A stretch of DNA of 64,000 bases, from positions 285,944,001 through 286,008,000 of the forward strand of contig OZ024741.1 of the NCBI GenBank assembly GCA_964016885.1, given 5' to 3'. Origin of the DNA: Eledone cirrhosa (Eukaryota). The position numbers and the translations under genes are program-made. The notes beneath the pieces were generated by a model. That model did no database searches, was not told the DNA's origin, and was given only the letters and a program-made list of their open reading frames with translations. Each line of letters begins with the position of its first letter. Position 1 is the first letter of the stretch. Of this stretch, positions 1-12,310 are shown in pieces.

Positions 1-132
1 AACCTGTGCCTTCTGGAAACTCACACCATAGTTTACTCCAGACAAAACCTGCTCAATCGGAAATCTGGGATATTTTCCTCCTATCAGCACAGAATCTTAA
101 GCCATTTCTTCTATTTTAAGCCGAGTATCTAG
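1..132 (+). pseudogene. C-terminal end of a Penelope-like element ORF (GIY-YIG tail), runs off the window start
   Basis: Frame 1 reads NLCLLETHTIVYSRQNLLNRKSGIFSSYQHRILSHFFYFKPSI*, homologous to DLCLLECHAIIHSKLNLLNRKSDIFSSCQHKILSSFYFKPST* at 27638-27766. Confidence 0.85.
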
Positions 133-1085
133 ATAAGCCGTTCTTAACATAGGTTATTTTTCTTTTTCTTTTCTTTAGCACTCATTTATCTCTTCAACTT
201 GCATACCCCTTAATGTTCCCGCACCCAAATGGTATGAAGGAGGGACCCCAACTGCGGTCTCGCTGGATTTGACCTGATTTTGAGGAAACTACACCTTAGT
301 GTGGTAAGATCACCCTGCGTTCATAGAGATCAATCAATGTAAAAATACTGCGAACAACAGTGGTATATATATGGGTCCCAAAAGGATTGCTCCTATAGCA
401 GACTCTAGTGATTATTAATGTCTCGTGCTATGAGTGAACCCGACATTGATGCCATAACCGGCCTCAGTGTGAGTGAACAGCTCATACCAGGGGGGTATTT
501 GATATTGCGTTGATTGTCTCTGGCGAGTTTGGTCAAAATCTAGAGGTGTCCCCCTTTTCACGGAATGGTTTAATATGTATCTTCGTAAATAGACGGCCAG
601 ACTGACCTCCCTTACCCTTCCCCCAAGGGAATGGCCGGCCTGCTAGGAGCGTTATGATGTCAACTCGAAATGTTTACTACGTCATCATATTCTGAGTGTT
701 GATCTTTGAATGTGGGCAAAGTGAAGAACACAGAAGCGCCGGACAGCTGTAAACACTGGAATTAAACGGTCAATTAATTTTATTTAATTAATTAAATTTA
801 AGCTTATTGGATTACCATTGTACCAGGTCGGAATATAGTAGGCGATACTGTGGATGCGCCGAATGTACCTTACAGCTTGATACGTATGATTACATCTATA
901 CCTATATGACATGGAGAATTTAAGTCATTCGTTACACCACGTGGTATGCTGGGAAACTTAGGATTGCATGGATTCACATCCCCACATCTCCATGATGTGG
1001 AGGTATTGATCACGGCATGAGACTGGAGTAGATGATATTGTAATCGTAAGGGATAACACGGACGAGTGGAACACGTAGATACATG

Positions 1086-1171
<86 letters not shown>

Positions 1172-1517
1172 TTTTGAGTTTATGTTGGTTGTATACCAAC
1201 ACCTCAGTATGCAGGCTGGAGCACTCGACGAAGTGCGCAGGTTGGTTTGGTTACTCCGGAGTAGTGTAAAATAAAGTTAAATAAAAGTCAAATGATTAAA
1301 ATTTAGCTTCGTTTATTTTTCCTTATTTTTCCTTATTTTTCCTTATATTCCTTATCTTTCACTATCTTTAATTATTGTAACTGATTTTGGTCTTACTATG
1401 CATCGCCTTCTAGCGGTTGACACGTCGTCCAAGAATCCCACTCTTCTTAGACCCCTGTGCCACATATGGATCGTTCTTGTGATATAGGTCGGTAGAGTTT
1501 ATACTATTGATCTAATA

Positions 1518-1565
1518 ACTCTCTGATGAGCCCTGCAATTATGCAAGGACGAAACACTGTCAGCA
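1518..1565 (+). ncRNA. Minimal type I hammerhead ribozyme (PLE terminal repeat)
   Basis: CTGATGA at 1523, stem II tgca-atta-tgca, GAAAC-act-GTC, then AATAAA. Stem I is weak. Confidence 0.7.
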
Positions 1566-1708
1566 AATAAAGATTAATTGATGATGTAAGCGCTCTTTGT
1601 TTTTGTTCCATATATATATATATGTATGTATATATAAATATATGTATATATATATATATATGCATATATTTATAAAAATAATATATTAAAGTTTCAACCT
1701 TAAAGGGA

Positions 1709-1760
<52 letters not shown>

Positions 1761-1767
<7 letters not shown>

Positions 1768-2725
1768 TAAAATAACAGATTAAAGTTTAAGCAAAGAATC
1801 GCTGCTTTCACCCTTAACGGGATCTTCTGAAACTAACAAAGTCAATCTGTAAACGCAGAACTGGATATTTAAAGAAAACGTTGCAACCGGAGGAAGACAG
1901 GAAGACGATACTTTGGTTCGTGGAAACGTTCGCTGGCAAAGAACGGGAAAAAACGAATAATACGTCATTAATAGGAGCGGTGAAAAACAATTACGCGCAA
2001 AGACAGAACCACGTTTATGGTATAAAAGAGGTCGTAGACTAATGTTCTCTTAGGTGGTGCATAGAGACGTTCTCTATGGTAAGGTTTTGCGTATGCTTGT
2101 GTATGTACGTATTTGTTTGCGTGTATGTATTTATTTATTTCTATTACTTCTGTATTGTATTTATTTACTTTGTTCTTAACTCTGTAGCGGAGATTCATTT
2201 GGTCTCCTAGTTAGAATTTTAGTCTACAACTTCTGCTATACCATTTACGTGGTTTTGTCTTGGCGTGCTATTGTTCTCCACGCTCCACATATGACGTATT
2301 ATCTTCGTTTTTTCGTTCATTGCCAGAGAACGTCTCTATGCACCACCTAAGAGAACATTAGTCTACGACCTCTTTTATACCATAAACGTGGTTCTGTCTT
2401 TGCACGTAATTGTTTTTCACCGCTCCTATTAATGACGTATTATTCGTTTTTTCCCGTTCTTTGCCAGCGAACGTCACCATGAATCAAAGTATCGTCTTCC
2501 TGTCTTCCTCCGGTTGCAACGTTTTTTTAAATATCCAGTTCTGCGTTTACAGATTGAATTTGTTAGTTTCAGAAGATCCCGTTAAGGGTGAAAGCAGCGA
2601 TTCTTTGCTTAAACTTTAATCTGTTATTTTAATAAATATTTGCTCTACGGTTCTTATATATTTGATATATATTTATCCTTATCGAGCCCTCTTTGGATTT
2701 TAGTCTTCAAATTGATTATTATTAC
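1761..2725 (+). mobile_element. Non-coding (TA)n-embedded fold-back element with variant hammerhead
   Basis: 1761-2075 is the reverse complement of 2325-2638. About 85-nt tail to a TA tract. Internal ~140-bp tandem unit. Further copies at 10207-10393 and ~21575-21680. Confidence 0.8.
2565..2615 (+). ncRNA. Hammerhead-like motif with CAGAAGA core (U4A); mirrored at 1784-1834 (-)
   Basis: agttt CAGAAGA tccc gttaa gggt GAAA gca gcgattctt tgc TT aaact: stem I 5 bp, stem II ccc/ggg, stem III agca/tgct, AATAAA at 2631. Confidence 0.55.
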
Positions 2726-2762
2726 TATATATATATATATATATAATATATATACATACACC

Positions 2763-2803
<41 letters not shown>

Positions 2804-2858
2804 GGGTATGATTGTGACTATGTGTATGTGTGTGACCATATTAATTATACTACGTTTA

Positions 2859-2944
<86 letters not shown>

Positions 2945-2984
2945 GAGATGTCGTGTCTCTATTCATATATTATTATCTATTTAT

Positions 2985-3372
2985 AAGGGCGATTGGCAGT
3001 ATCGGTAGAGGGTCGGACGCCATGCTTTCCAGCAGAGTTACGCCCCTTTACGATCTGAGTTCAAATCCCGCCGAGGTTGACTTTGCCTTTCATCCTTACG
3101 GGGTCGATAAAATAAAGTACCAGTAATGCACTGGGGGATTTTGCTGGCCTTGTGCCTAAAGTAGAAACAATTATCTATATATAAGGGCGGTGGATTGGGA
3201 GTATCGGCAGAGGGTCGGACGCCATGCTTTCCAGCATAGTTACGTCCCTTTGCGGTCTGAGTTCAAATCACGCCGAGGTTAACTTTGCCTTTCATCCTTA
3301 CGGGCTCGATAAAATATAGTACCAGTAATGTACTAGTATTTGATGGCCTTGTGCCAAAAGTAGAAACAATTA
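2985..3372 (+). mobile_element. Two tandem tRNA-derived SINE copies (family A)
   Basis: A-box-like tggcagtatcgg, B-box gagttcaaatcc and body gccgaggttgactttgcctttcatccttacggggtcgataaa, repeated many times in the window. Confidence 0.85.
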
Positions 3373-3696
3373 TCTATATATATATATTTTTTTTCTATCT
3401 ATCCATTGATTTAGTTACTAACGTTCCCATAGGATATAATCTTCAAACATTGATATTCTGTTTCAATATATATGATATTGAAGAATGTTTATGAAATATT
3501 GCAAATAGAAATGCTATTTTAATGTAAAATTTAATCGTGAATAGATACAATCGAATATAAGCTGTAGTACATAAATTCAATCAATCCTGTACAGACAATT
3601 TTAAGCTCTCATACGCACAAACACACACTCCGACGCACTTGGATGTATACTATTCCCCCCCCCCCCCCCTCACACACACACATATATATATATCAG

Positions 3697-4010
3697 CCCC
3701 ATGGATTTTATCTATTACATTCACGTATTATATTTCGAATACCTGATGATATCACCGGATTCATACGGAACCCGGTCATTGAAATGATCATAGCATAATA
3801 AACCTTTCAAGGATTTACACAAATCCAGCCTCCTGTCATTTCATTATAATATTTAACTCCGTAATAGCACCACCAACTACAAAAACAAAGACGGTTGAAC
3901 TGCTTTACGTTGAGTACTCTCTATATTATTGCATTACGATTGACCATACGGAATAGACCAGCTCTATACAGTGGTGAACCACAAACCTGAATAAATCTAT
4001 AAATCTATAT
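3697..4010 (+). mobile_element. Short (TA)n-embedded element with hammerhead at 3739-3796
   Basis: atac CTGATGA ...accgg/ccggt stem II... GAAA tgatc ATA gcat AATAAA, with palindromic stem III ATGATCAT. Second copy at 43860-44160, 3' fragment at 11125-11175. Confidence 0.8.
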
Positions 4011-4328
4011 ATGTATATATATATATATCATCTCCACTGAAAGTTTTCGTGAAATAGTCTTTTCAAGACTATACAGAGCATTTGTAGTTGTCCCAAATTG
4101 AAGGATGAGTATTTTAAACTTTATTTTATCATGAGGTAAGGCTCTATTGATTTCTCCCTGGTTTTCACTAAATTCTGTTGGATAAATCTATATCCTGATT
4201 CTTTTTGAATTGAGTTTAAATTATTTTTCCCACATCTTACGTTAACTATTTTCCCATTTTGACGCTATAGTCACTTATATATTATGGAATACTGTTGGCT
4301 TCTTGCTACAATACTTTCTATACCTTTC

Positions 4329-4369
<41 letters not shown>

Positions 4370-4371
<2 letters not shown>

Positions 4372-4560
4372 TGTGAGAAAAACCACAGACCCGCCATCTC
4401 AACTCTACTTTTGAAAAGCAGAAGAACTGCGAAACCGGTAAAGGAACCAAATAAATATATATATATATTTTTAAATAAGACTCCAGTTGCATTTTCGATT
4501 TCATCTTTTTTTCTTTATACTTTCACTCGGTTATTTTTCATTTTGTAAAAAAAACCTCAC

Positions 4561-4568
<8 letters not shown>
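4370..4568 (+). mobile_element. Short (TA)n-embedded element with hammerhead-like motif at 4407-4444 (U3/A8 core)
   Basis: ctt TTGAAAA gcag aagaa ctgc GAAA ccg GTA aag, with palindromic ACCGGT stem III and AATAAA nearby. Confidence 0.6.
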
Positions 4569-4655
<87 letters not shown>

Positions 4656-6204
4656 GTTGATGGAACCAGCATATGTATCAACGATAGGACCGGTTGCATC
4701 TCAGCGTACTCAATAGGTAATGTAAAATACACTCCCAGAGTATACACATAGTTATTCGCTGCAATGCAATATATATATATATATATATAGTATAATAAAA
4801 ATGTCACACTCTCAATATGTATGCGTGATCTTAGGTTTTGGCGTCCAATTATGGCTATTACTGCATAGTAGAGGAGCCGTTTCAATGAATTGGTTTTCAT
4901 CGTGTGTTGGTACAAATTTACGAAAAAGCCGATAGCCCACTAACTTTGTTTTTAATTACGTGGAGAGCTCCGTTTCGAGAACAAGTGAGGCAATTCTCGA
5001 GTTCCTAAATTTTGAAACGTGCGTATGTGTAAATTGAGCGTGACTTAAATTATAAGCTAATCTGTGTGTATGTGTAATATACGTGTTGCTTGAGTTGAAA
5101 ACTAATTATCTAAAACACTTATACACTTTAAAGGGGCCAAGGGTGATAATTTCTGATGGGATATATTCGTAAATGTGATTTAGTAAGGCTAAACCCTGTG
5201 TCAATATTCTATTATGTTGTGTGCATGTGTATGTGAATGATGTATTTAATATTTTGTACGGGGATAGGTGATAGAGAGCAATAGGTTCATGGAAGATTTA
5301 GCAGGTCTGCTGAGGGGGTATCCTTTCATGTGGTTTTCCAGTCCCTAATAAATATGCTTTATACATTCGACAAATATGCTTTCAGTTTTTTTTATCGTTC
5401 TTAGTATCTACAAACTAGATAAATAGCTGGTTGCAAGTACAGATAATAGGAAAGCTAAAGGCGGACAATATGTGCAAGCATGTTGTTATGACATCAAGGC
5501 ACTTCAGAGGGTATGACCTCTCATGAGGGACTAAACTAAAGCATGGACACTGACAATGCAGTGTAGAAGGCGCAGATATTATAGTTGTAGCAAAAAAAGC
5601 AGCACAAGAAAGTTTACTTCACCGAACATTTGAGGAAACTAAAATGAGCAAAAGTTGCAGGTTATGGCCTCAATATGCCTAGATAACAAAGCTCTGATGT
5701 TGGTGGAGGAGATTGTCTCATGGTTGATACCAAATGATGTTCAGAAAACTGAAGAACCCATTCTCGTTGCCATAAGGATCATTGGTAGTGAGTGGAAATT
5801 GAAAAGATGAAATGTCATCAAAATTAATAAATGCAACCAGCATTTATTCGACTCAGTTCTAGAATGACGACAAATAATATGCCTTCCTTCTTCCAATTAA
5901 TAACATAACTCCATTGTATTGTAATGCTAGAGTCCGGAGAGAAGTCGAGGGACACTGTTCATGATTCGTCCCATACAATGAATGATAACCGGATCTCTTG
6001 CAGGAGTAGTATCAGATGGAAAGTGGTGTAGAGTGCTCTACCTTGACCTGACAAGTCGGTTATCATCCGCCTTCCAGTGAAAACACTAAATGCACTGTAT
6101 TAGCTTGTTAGCTGAATTTGGTTTTTAAGTATTGTGTGATTTTTCAGTATTCATTTCAGCACAATTCTTAAAATATATTCTCTGTATGATGATCCTGCTC
6201 TACC

Positions 6205-6269
<65 letters not shown>

Positions 6270-6399
6270 TATAGTTGTTTTTGTTGTAGTAATAGTAGTA
6301 GAAAGTAGTAGTAGTAGTTGTTGTTGTTGTTGTTGTTGTAGTAGCAGCAGCATCAGTAGTAGTAGTAGTAGTAGTAGCAGTAGTAGTAATAGTAGTAGC

Positions 6400-6449
<50 letters not shown>

Positions 6450-6450
6450 C
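6205..6450. repeat. (TAG)n/(TTG)n microsatellite
   Basis: Direct reading. Confidence 0.95.
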
Positions 6451-6834
6451 ATCTGCACAATGCAATTATATCAAAAGTGTAGTTTCAAAAATATTTCACT
6501 AGTGAACCATATATTAGATATAATAAAACGTGAATTTGATTATTGTAGGCTCTTTATTTGTTGTTCTCGTGTCTCATCCGTGTGTTTATTGTTTGTTGAT
6601 TCGTTATCTAACATGTTTAAGCGTTTGTTCTACCTATTCAAGTCCTTATTTGGTTATGTGCTCATGTATAAGGATGTGTCATGTTTTCCATTAAGTCCCA
6701 CCCATCCAAACTGCACACACAAGGATTAAAAGCTAAAGTTAGCAATTTAAAACTCTGCTTTCATATCATTTACATTTTATTTTTCATTTTATATTTAATA
6801 GTAAATATCAAAACAACAGCGAATGGTCGTTTAT

Positions 6835-8005
6835 CATCAGCATCATTATTATTATATTCACCAGCACCACCACCACCATAAAATCATCATCATCATTGCC
6901 ATCATCAACATCGTCGTCATAATCATGATAGTCATCATCACCAACACCACCACCACCAGCAACATCGTCCCCATCGTCATCATCATCATCATCCCAATTG
7001 TATGTCCCTATGTCTAAACCACCACTACCACCACCATTATCTTCTTCATCGTCATCATCATCATCATCATCATCATCATCGTCATCGTCATCGTCATCAT
7101 CACAATTTTATGTCACTATGTCCACCCCACCACTATCACCACCATCACAACCACCACTATCTTCATCGTCATCATCAGCAACAGCATAGTCGTCATCACC
7201 ATGGTGGTGGTGGTGGTGGTGGATTTTGGTGGTGGTGGTGATGTCGGTGGTGGTGATGGTGGTGGTGGTGATGGTGTCGGTGGTGGTGTTGGTGGTGGTG
7301 GTGTTGGTGCTGTTGGTGGTGGTGTTGTTGGTGGTGGTGTTGGTGGTGGTGGTGGTGGTGGTGGTGATGTTCGTGGTGTTGGTGGTGGTGTTGGTGTGGT
7401 TGGTGGTGGTGGTGGTGGTGGTGGTGATGGTGGTGATGTTGGTGGTGGTGTTGGTGGTGTTGGTGGTGGTGTTGGTGGTGGTGGTGTTGGTGGTGGTGGT
7501 GGTGGTGATAGTGGTGATGTTCGTGGTGTTGGTGGTGGTGTTGGTGGTGGTGGTGGTGGTGTTCGTGGTGTTGGTGGTGGTGTTGGTGGTGTTGGTGTTG
7601 GTGGTGGTGGTGTTGGTGGTGGTGGTGGTGGTGATGGTGGTGGTGGTGGTGGTGGTATTGGTGGTGGTGTTGGTGGTGTTGGTGGTGGTGTTGGTGGTGG
7701 TGTTGGTAGTGTTGGTGGTGGTGGTGGTGGTGTTGGTGGTGGTGGTGGTGGTGGTGGTGGTGGTGGTGGTGGTGGTGGTGGTGGTGGTGGTGGTGGTGGT
7801 GGTGGTGGTGGTGTTGGTGGTGTTGGTGGTGTTGGTGGTGGTGGTGGTGGTGTTGGTGGTGTTGGTGGTGGTGGTGTTGGTGGTGTTGGTGGTGGTGTTG
7901 GTGATGGTGTTGGTAGTGTTGGTGGTGGTGGTGTTGGTGGTGTTGGTGGTGGTGTTGGTGATGGTGTTGGTAGTGTTGGTGGTGGTGGTGTTGGTGGTGG
8001 TGTTG
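6835..8005. repeat. (CAT/CAC)n tract followed by an ~800-bp (GGT/GTT/GAT)n mosaic microsatellite
   Basis: Direct reading. Explains the poly-H, poly-G and poly-V ORFs. Confidence 0.95.
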
Positions 8006-8474
8006 GGCTGGTTCTGTTTCTGGTGTTGCTATTAGCAATTTTTTTGTTGCTGTTGTTTTTTCCTTAGATTCATTTGTTTACAATTGATTTCATTAAAATC
8101 TTCTGTAAGACATTGACATTAGAAATATTTAGATTGCTAACATTAATGGCCACATGTATTCTCGTCTTCATCATATAGTGCCGTCACTTATTGTTCCTTT
8201 CTTTCTCTATATTCTACCCTTATCGTCTCCTTCTGTTTCATTTTTACTCGTTCATTTTCTTTCAAGGCTTTCTTCTTTCTTTCTAGATTCACTCAAATCT
8301 TTTTCTTCCTTGCTCTCTCTCGCTACCTCCTCTCTCCCCCTCTCTGTCTCCCTCTCTATCTATCTACCTCTTAATGAATATATATATATACATATATATA
8401 CATATATATATATATATACACACGAAGATATATACATACATATACATAAATATATACACACGTATATATATATA

Positions 8475-8573
8475 TGTCCAAAGGCTCTGATACCATCAAC
8501 ACTATAAACATAGAGCTGGCATATCTAAGAACTGACTAACTGCCTGATAAGTTCATGCAATTGACTTGTTTCG

Positions 8574-8578
<5 letters not shown>
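8475..8578 (+). mobile_element. Deleted copy of the 21070-21235 hammerhead element
   Basis: Same 5' and 3' sequence, but the ribozyme core is missing after CTGAT. Confidence 0.8.
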
Positions 8579-8616
<38 letters not shown>

Positions 8617-8619
<3 letters not shown>

Positions 8620-9901
8620 AACGAGTAGGACCCCGACGGCTGAGCTCAAGCCGTTTCGACGGCTAATTCTGGACTAAATGAACATTTTATCCTGGTAAAT
8701 GAATAGCCGAGCTTCTCAGGGGGTAATATTCCATATATGGTAAAAGTGATTGTCACAAGGATTGGTCAAAAGTTTGTTGTTGAGACACATAATTCCATCA
8801 TGGCATTTTGTGGAAAGAAGGTGTAGCTGAATTTGCCAGTAGAAGAAAGGGGGAGTGGAGGAAACCCAGTCGTGCGTTGAAAGTTACAGCAGAATCCTAA
8901 GGAGAAGAGGTCAACAGGGGGAGGGGGGTAGAAACAATAAGCAGATCCATATGGAGTAAATCTGTATAGAAAAATAAGAATGTTAAAAATATAAAAAAAC
9001 ACAATCTCTGGCCACTATTCCCCTACCACAATCATCAAATCTCTCACTGGTACTGCTAAACTATGGAAAAGTTTAATAGGTGCCCTTATGTGTCGTGCGA
9101 GCATTTGTGTGGTTTGCGTTGGAGTTTATGTATTGTGTCGGTACTCTTATGTATCGTGTTGGTGTTCATTTTCGGGATTCTGGGATGTTTTTCGTATTGG
9201 TTTCGGGACTCTGAGTTGTTGTTTCGTGTTAGGTTTTTTTTTAGTATTTTGGCCCCCTGCTTGTTGGCCTGTCGTTGTGGGATGGATTGGGCCGAATACT
9301 GCTGGCTCATGGGGTTCTTTCGCTGCAGTCTCGTATTTGGTGTCCCGCCCCACCTATTAAACTTTTCCATAGTTTAGCAGTACCAGTGAGAGATTTGATG
9401 ATTGTGGTAGGGGAATAGTGGCCAGAGATTGTGTTTTTTTATATGTTTAACATTCTTATTTTTCTATATAGATTTACACCATATGGATCTGCTTATTGTT
9501 TCGACTTCCTTCCACCTCTTGACCTCTTATCCTTAGGATTCTGCTGGAGTCGTCCCTTTCAACGCACGACTGGGTTTCCTCCACTCCCTCTTTCTTCTAC
9601 TGGCAAGGGCAGCTACCCCTTCCTTCCACAAAATGTCATGATAGAATTATGTGTCTCAACAACAAACTTTTGACCAATCCTTGTGACAATCACTTTTACC
9701 ATATATGGAATATTACCCCCTGAGAAGCTCGGCTATTCATTTACCAGGATAAAAATTGTCATTTAGTCCAGAATTAGCCGTCGAAACGGCTTGAGCTCAG
9801 CCGTCGGGGTCCTACTCGTTCCTATTACCCATTCTACTACCCTAAGTATTGAATACTTTGGTGCGTTATGGTCCATCTGGTTCCTTACCACATTTCCTTC
9901 G

Positions 9902-9903
<2 letters not shown>
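8617..9903 (+). mobile_element. Non-coding fold-back element between TA tracts, ~465-bp inverted arms
   Basis: 8617-9082 is the reverse complement of about 9351-9824. Spacer ~270 bp, ~80-nt tail. Short fold-back copy at 46503-46775. Confidence 0.85.
9715..9810 (+). ncRNA. Hammerhead ribozyme with atypical core CTGAGAAG; mirrored at 8630-8724 (-)
   Basis: Stem I acccc/ggggt, stem II cggcta/tagccg, GAAA, stem III acggct/agccgt, GTC cleavage triplet. Confidence 0.65.
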
Positions 9904-9938
<35 letters not shown>

Positions 9939-9940
<2 letters not shown>

Positions 9941-10164
9941 TTAAACAAGGTTCAATGAATAAATCAAAGAATGAGTTTTACAACAGATTGTACTACCAAT
10001 TACTGAATCTTAACCATCTACTAAGTCAGGGTATGTCATGCATCATCTTCTTTTATCTGATGAGGACGTAATTTTGAAGATAGCTCAGTACCTCTGAAAT
10101 ATGTATAATAACATATACTTTATCACACGAATGTCTATTTGTGTTAATATTTTGAATTAATATA

Positions 10165-10165
<1 letters not shown>
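9939..10165 (+). mobile_element. Short (TA)n-embedded element with hammerhead at 10053-10111
   Basis: ttat CTGATGA gg..gtacc tct GAAA tatgt ATA ataa. Related motifs at 36549-36599 and 46241-46297. Confidence 0.6.
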
Positions 10166-10206
<41 letters not shown>

Positions 10207-10209
<3 letters not shown>

Positions 10210-10389
10210 CTTCTGCGTTCACAGATTGATTTTTTTTATTTCAGAAGATCCCGTTAAGGGTGAAAGCAGCGATTCTTTGCTTAAACTTTAATCTGTTATT
10301 TAATAAATTTTTGGTCTAGGGTATATTTGATATATATATTTATCCTTATCGAGTCCTCTTTCGATTTTAGTACTCACATTTATTATTAT

Positions 10390-10393
<4 letters not shown>
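10207..10393 (+). mobile_element. 5'-truncated copy of the 1761-2725 family (CAGAAGA motif at 10242)
   Basis: Near-identical to 2538-2725 and flanked by TA tracts. Confidence 0.8.
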
Positions 10394-10439
<46 letters not shown>

Positions 10440-10442
<3 letters not shown>

Positions 10443-11088
10443 AACTTGTAGTTCCTGTCTGTTTGTTCACGAACTCCTCCTATGGTTTTGGAGATAGATC
10501 CCCATAACCCTATATATTCTGAAACTACATTGCCCAGGATACTTGGATAAGTATATTTCATTTTAATCTAAGGGTTCTCCGGTGGCACAAAACCCCGCTG
10601 ATAACCCCAGCTGAAAGATTTTGCACTTCGATTTATATGAAATTTAAACCATAGGCAAATGACAATATATGATGCCTATTCGCAAAATCTCAGCAAATTC
10701 CAATAATATTAAGACACCTTAATGGGGCTTAAACCCCCTATTAGGCTTCTCTGGGGGCACAAACCCCCGCCGAAAATTTTTTCGCTTCGATTTATATGAA
10801 ATTTAAACCATAGGTAAATGAAAAGATATGATGCCTATTCACAAAAGTTTTGAATTGATCTGTTCAAAAAAATTATTTACAAGAAACAAAATGGGAATAA
10901 GATTTAATAATGTGATTTTGATTTGATATATTACAAAACATAATCTTTTCCAATTTTTCATGTATTACATTTTACATTGAGTAATATTGAAATGCAGAGG
11001 TTTTCTCTATAAATTATATCACTGATTTAAAATCAATCATCATTTTCTTACACAGAAAAACGCAGCAAGACGCAGGTAATTCGGCTAA
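10440..11088 (+). mobile_element. Non-autonomous Helitron
   Basis: Reverse-complement homologue of 40145-41170 lacking the helicase remnant. 3' end cgcagcaagacgcaggtaattcggcta. Confidence 0.75.
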
Positions 11089-11374
11089 AATGACAGGAGG
11101 ATGGACTGGTGTAATTCCTTAAGATATGGAATGACCAGTTCTATCCAGTGGTGAACCATCAAACCTAAATGAATATATATATATATATACATATATTATA
11201 TATACATAAAAACCAAAGACACAAACAACACCGCCCACGCAATACACAGCTATAGACATAAACAACCAAAGCCTATTAAATTACATACGGCATAACACCA
11301 ATATTACACAAAACAAGATATGTACAACCACATAAAATTGCAAACCCACCACATAGTTAGGCCCCACTCGGTCA

Positions 11375-11680
11375 CGAATTACCATGATTTTGCACCTAGA
11401 AAATTTCCCTCCGAGGCACAAGCCTAGGCAAAGTTTGTTTTGGGGAAGACCAGTAGTCACCCATGCATACCAGTCTCCCCTCTCCAAGGGAAAGGCAATG
11501 ACCGATACAGCTTGGCACCAGTGACGTCGCAACTCATTTCTACTGCTGAGTAAACTGGAACAACGTGAAATAAAGTGTCTTGCTCAAGGACACAACGCAT
11601 CACCCTGTCCGAGAATCGAACTCACAACCTTTCAATTGCAAACCCAATGCTCTAACCACTAAGCCATACACCTTCACATA
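11375..11680 (-). mobile_element. tRNA-derived SINE (family B)
   Basis: Minus strand: tggcttagtggttaga...gagttcgattc...gtgtccttgagcaagacac. Copies at 53230-53540, 30640-30830 and ~54450-54700. Confidence 0.8.
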
Positions 11681-12004
11681 CCACATATAAAAGTTTTACA
11701 AATCACACAAAAGACATAAACTCTTTTAAAAACTAAGTTCCCAGAGGTAGTTGGAGATATAGAGGAATTTTCTCAAAGAGATTATATTCTAATGTTCTCG
11801 TAGAGAGACCTACATTGGGTCCGTCATCTACTACTGCTTGACTGTCGTGCCATATCCCAAGCCTCGTCTGGCTGCGCTGGAGCGTTTACTCTTTCGCTTT
11901 CTGTGGGAGGCACTCCAATGGTCAGGCTGTCCATCTGCTGTCAACACCCACTATGTAGAGAACTGGGCATGCCGTGGCTGATGATGCGCAGACATGTGCT
12001 GAGA

Positions 12005-12310
12005 GTGCAAATCCCGCGACTTTAACTTTGCTTTTCAACCTTACGCGATCGATAAAATAAAGCACAAGTAATGCACTGGGGTCGATTTAATCAACTTCCG
12101 TCCCTTAAAATTGTTGGCTTTGTGCCTAATTTAGAAACCAAGTATCGGTGGAGCGTCGATCAAGAGTTCTAAGTTCAAATCCCGCCGAGGTTAGCTTTGC
12201 TTTTCATCCTTACGGGGTCGATAAAATAAAGTACCAGTAACGTACTGGTGTCGATTTAATCAACTTTCTCCTCACTCAAAATTGCTGGCCTTGTGTCTAA
12301 AGGCGAAATC
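12005..12310 (+). mobile_element. Two partial tandem SINE family A copies
   Basis: ttcaaatcccgccgagg...ggggtcgataaaataaagtaccag motif. Confidence 0.8.

Larger units (their letters stand above)
1..1610 (+). mobile_element. 3' part of a Penelope-like retroelement (ORF end, long 3' region, hammerhead, tail into (TA)n)
   Basis: ORF tail at 1-132. The hammerhead, AATAAA and tail at 1518-1610 resemble the terminal-repeat end at 24961-25053. Ends in a TA tract. Confidence 0.8.

Noticed and set aside
2985-3075. tRNA gene
   Set aside because: A and B boxes are present but there is no cloverleaf. It is the head of a SINE.
4940-5015. Minus-strand gagaa/ttctc-GAAA-cg..cGTA hammerhead-like half
   Set aside because: No recognisable CUGANGA strand, so too degenerate to call.
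5380-6100. Higher-complexity, coding-like stretch
   Set aside because: Stops in all frames and no motif I can assign. Probably a decayed transposon.
7196-8067. Gly-rich, His-rich and Val-rich ORFs
   Set aside because: Trinucleotide microsatellite open in several frames, with no signal peptide or clear splice context. A His/Gly-rich structural exon cannot be fully excluded without RNA data.
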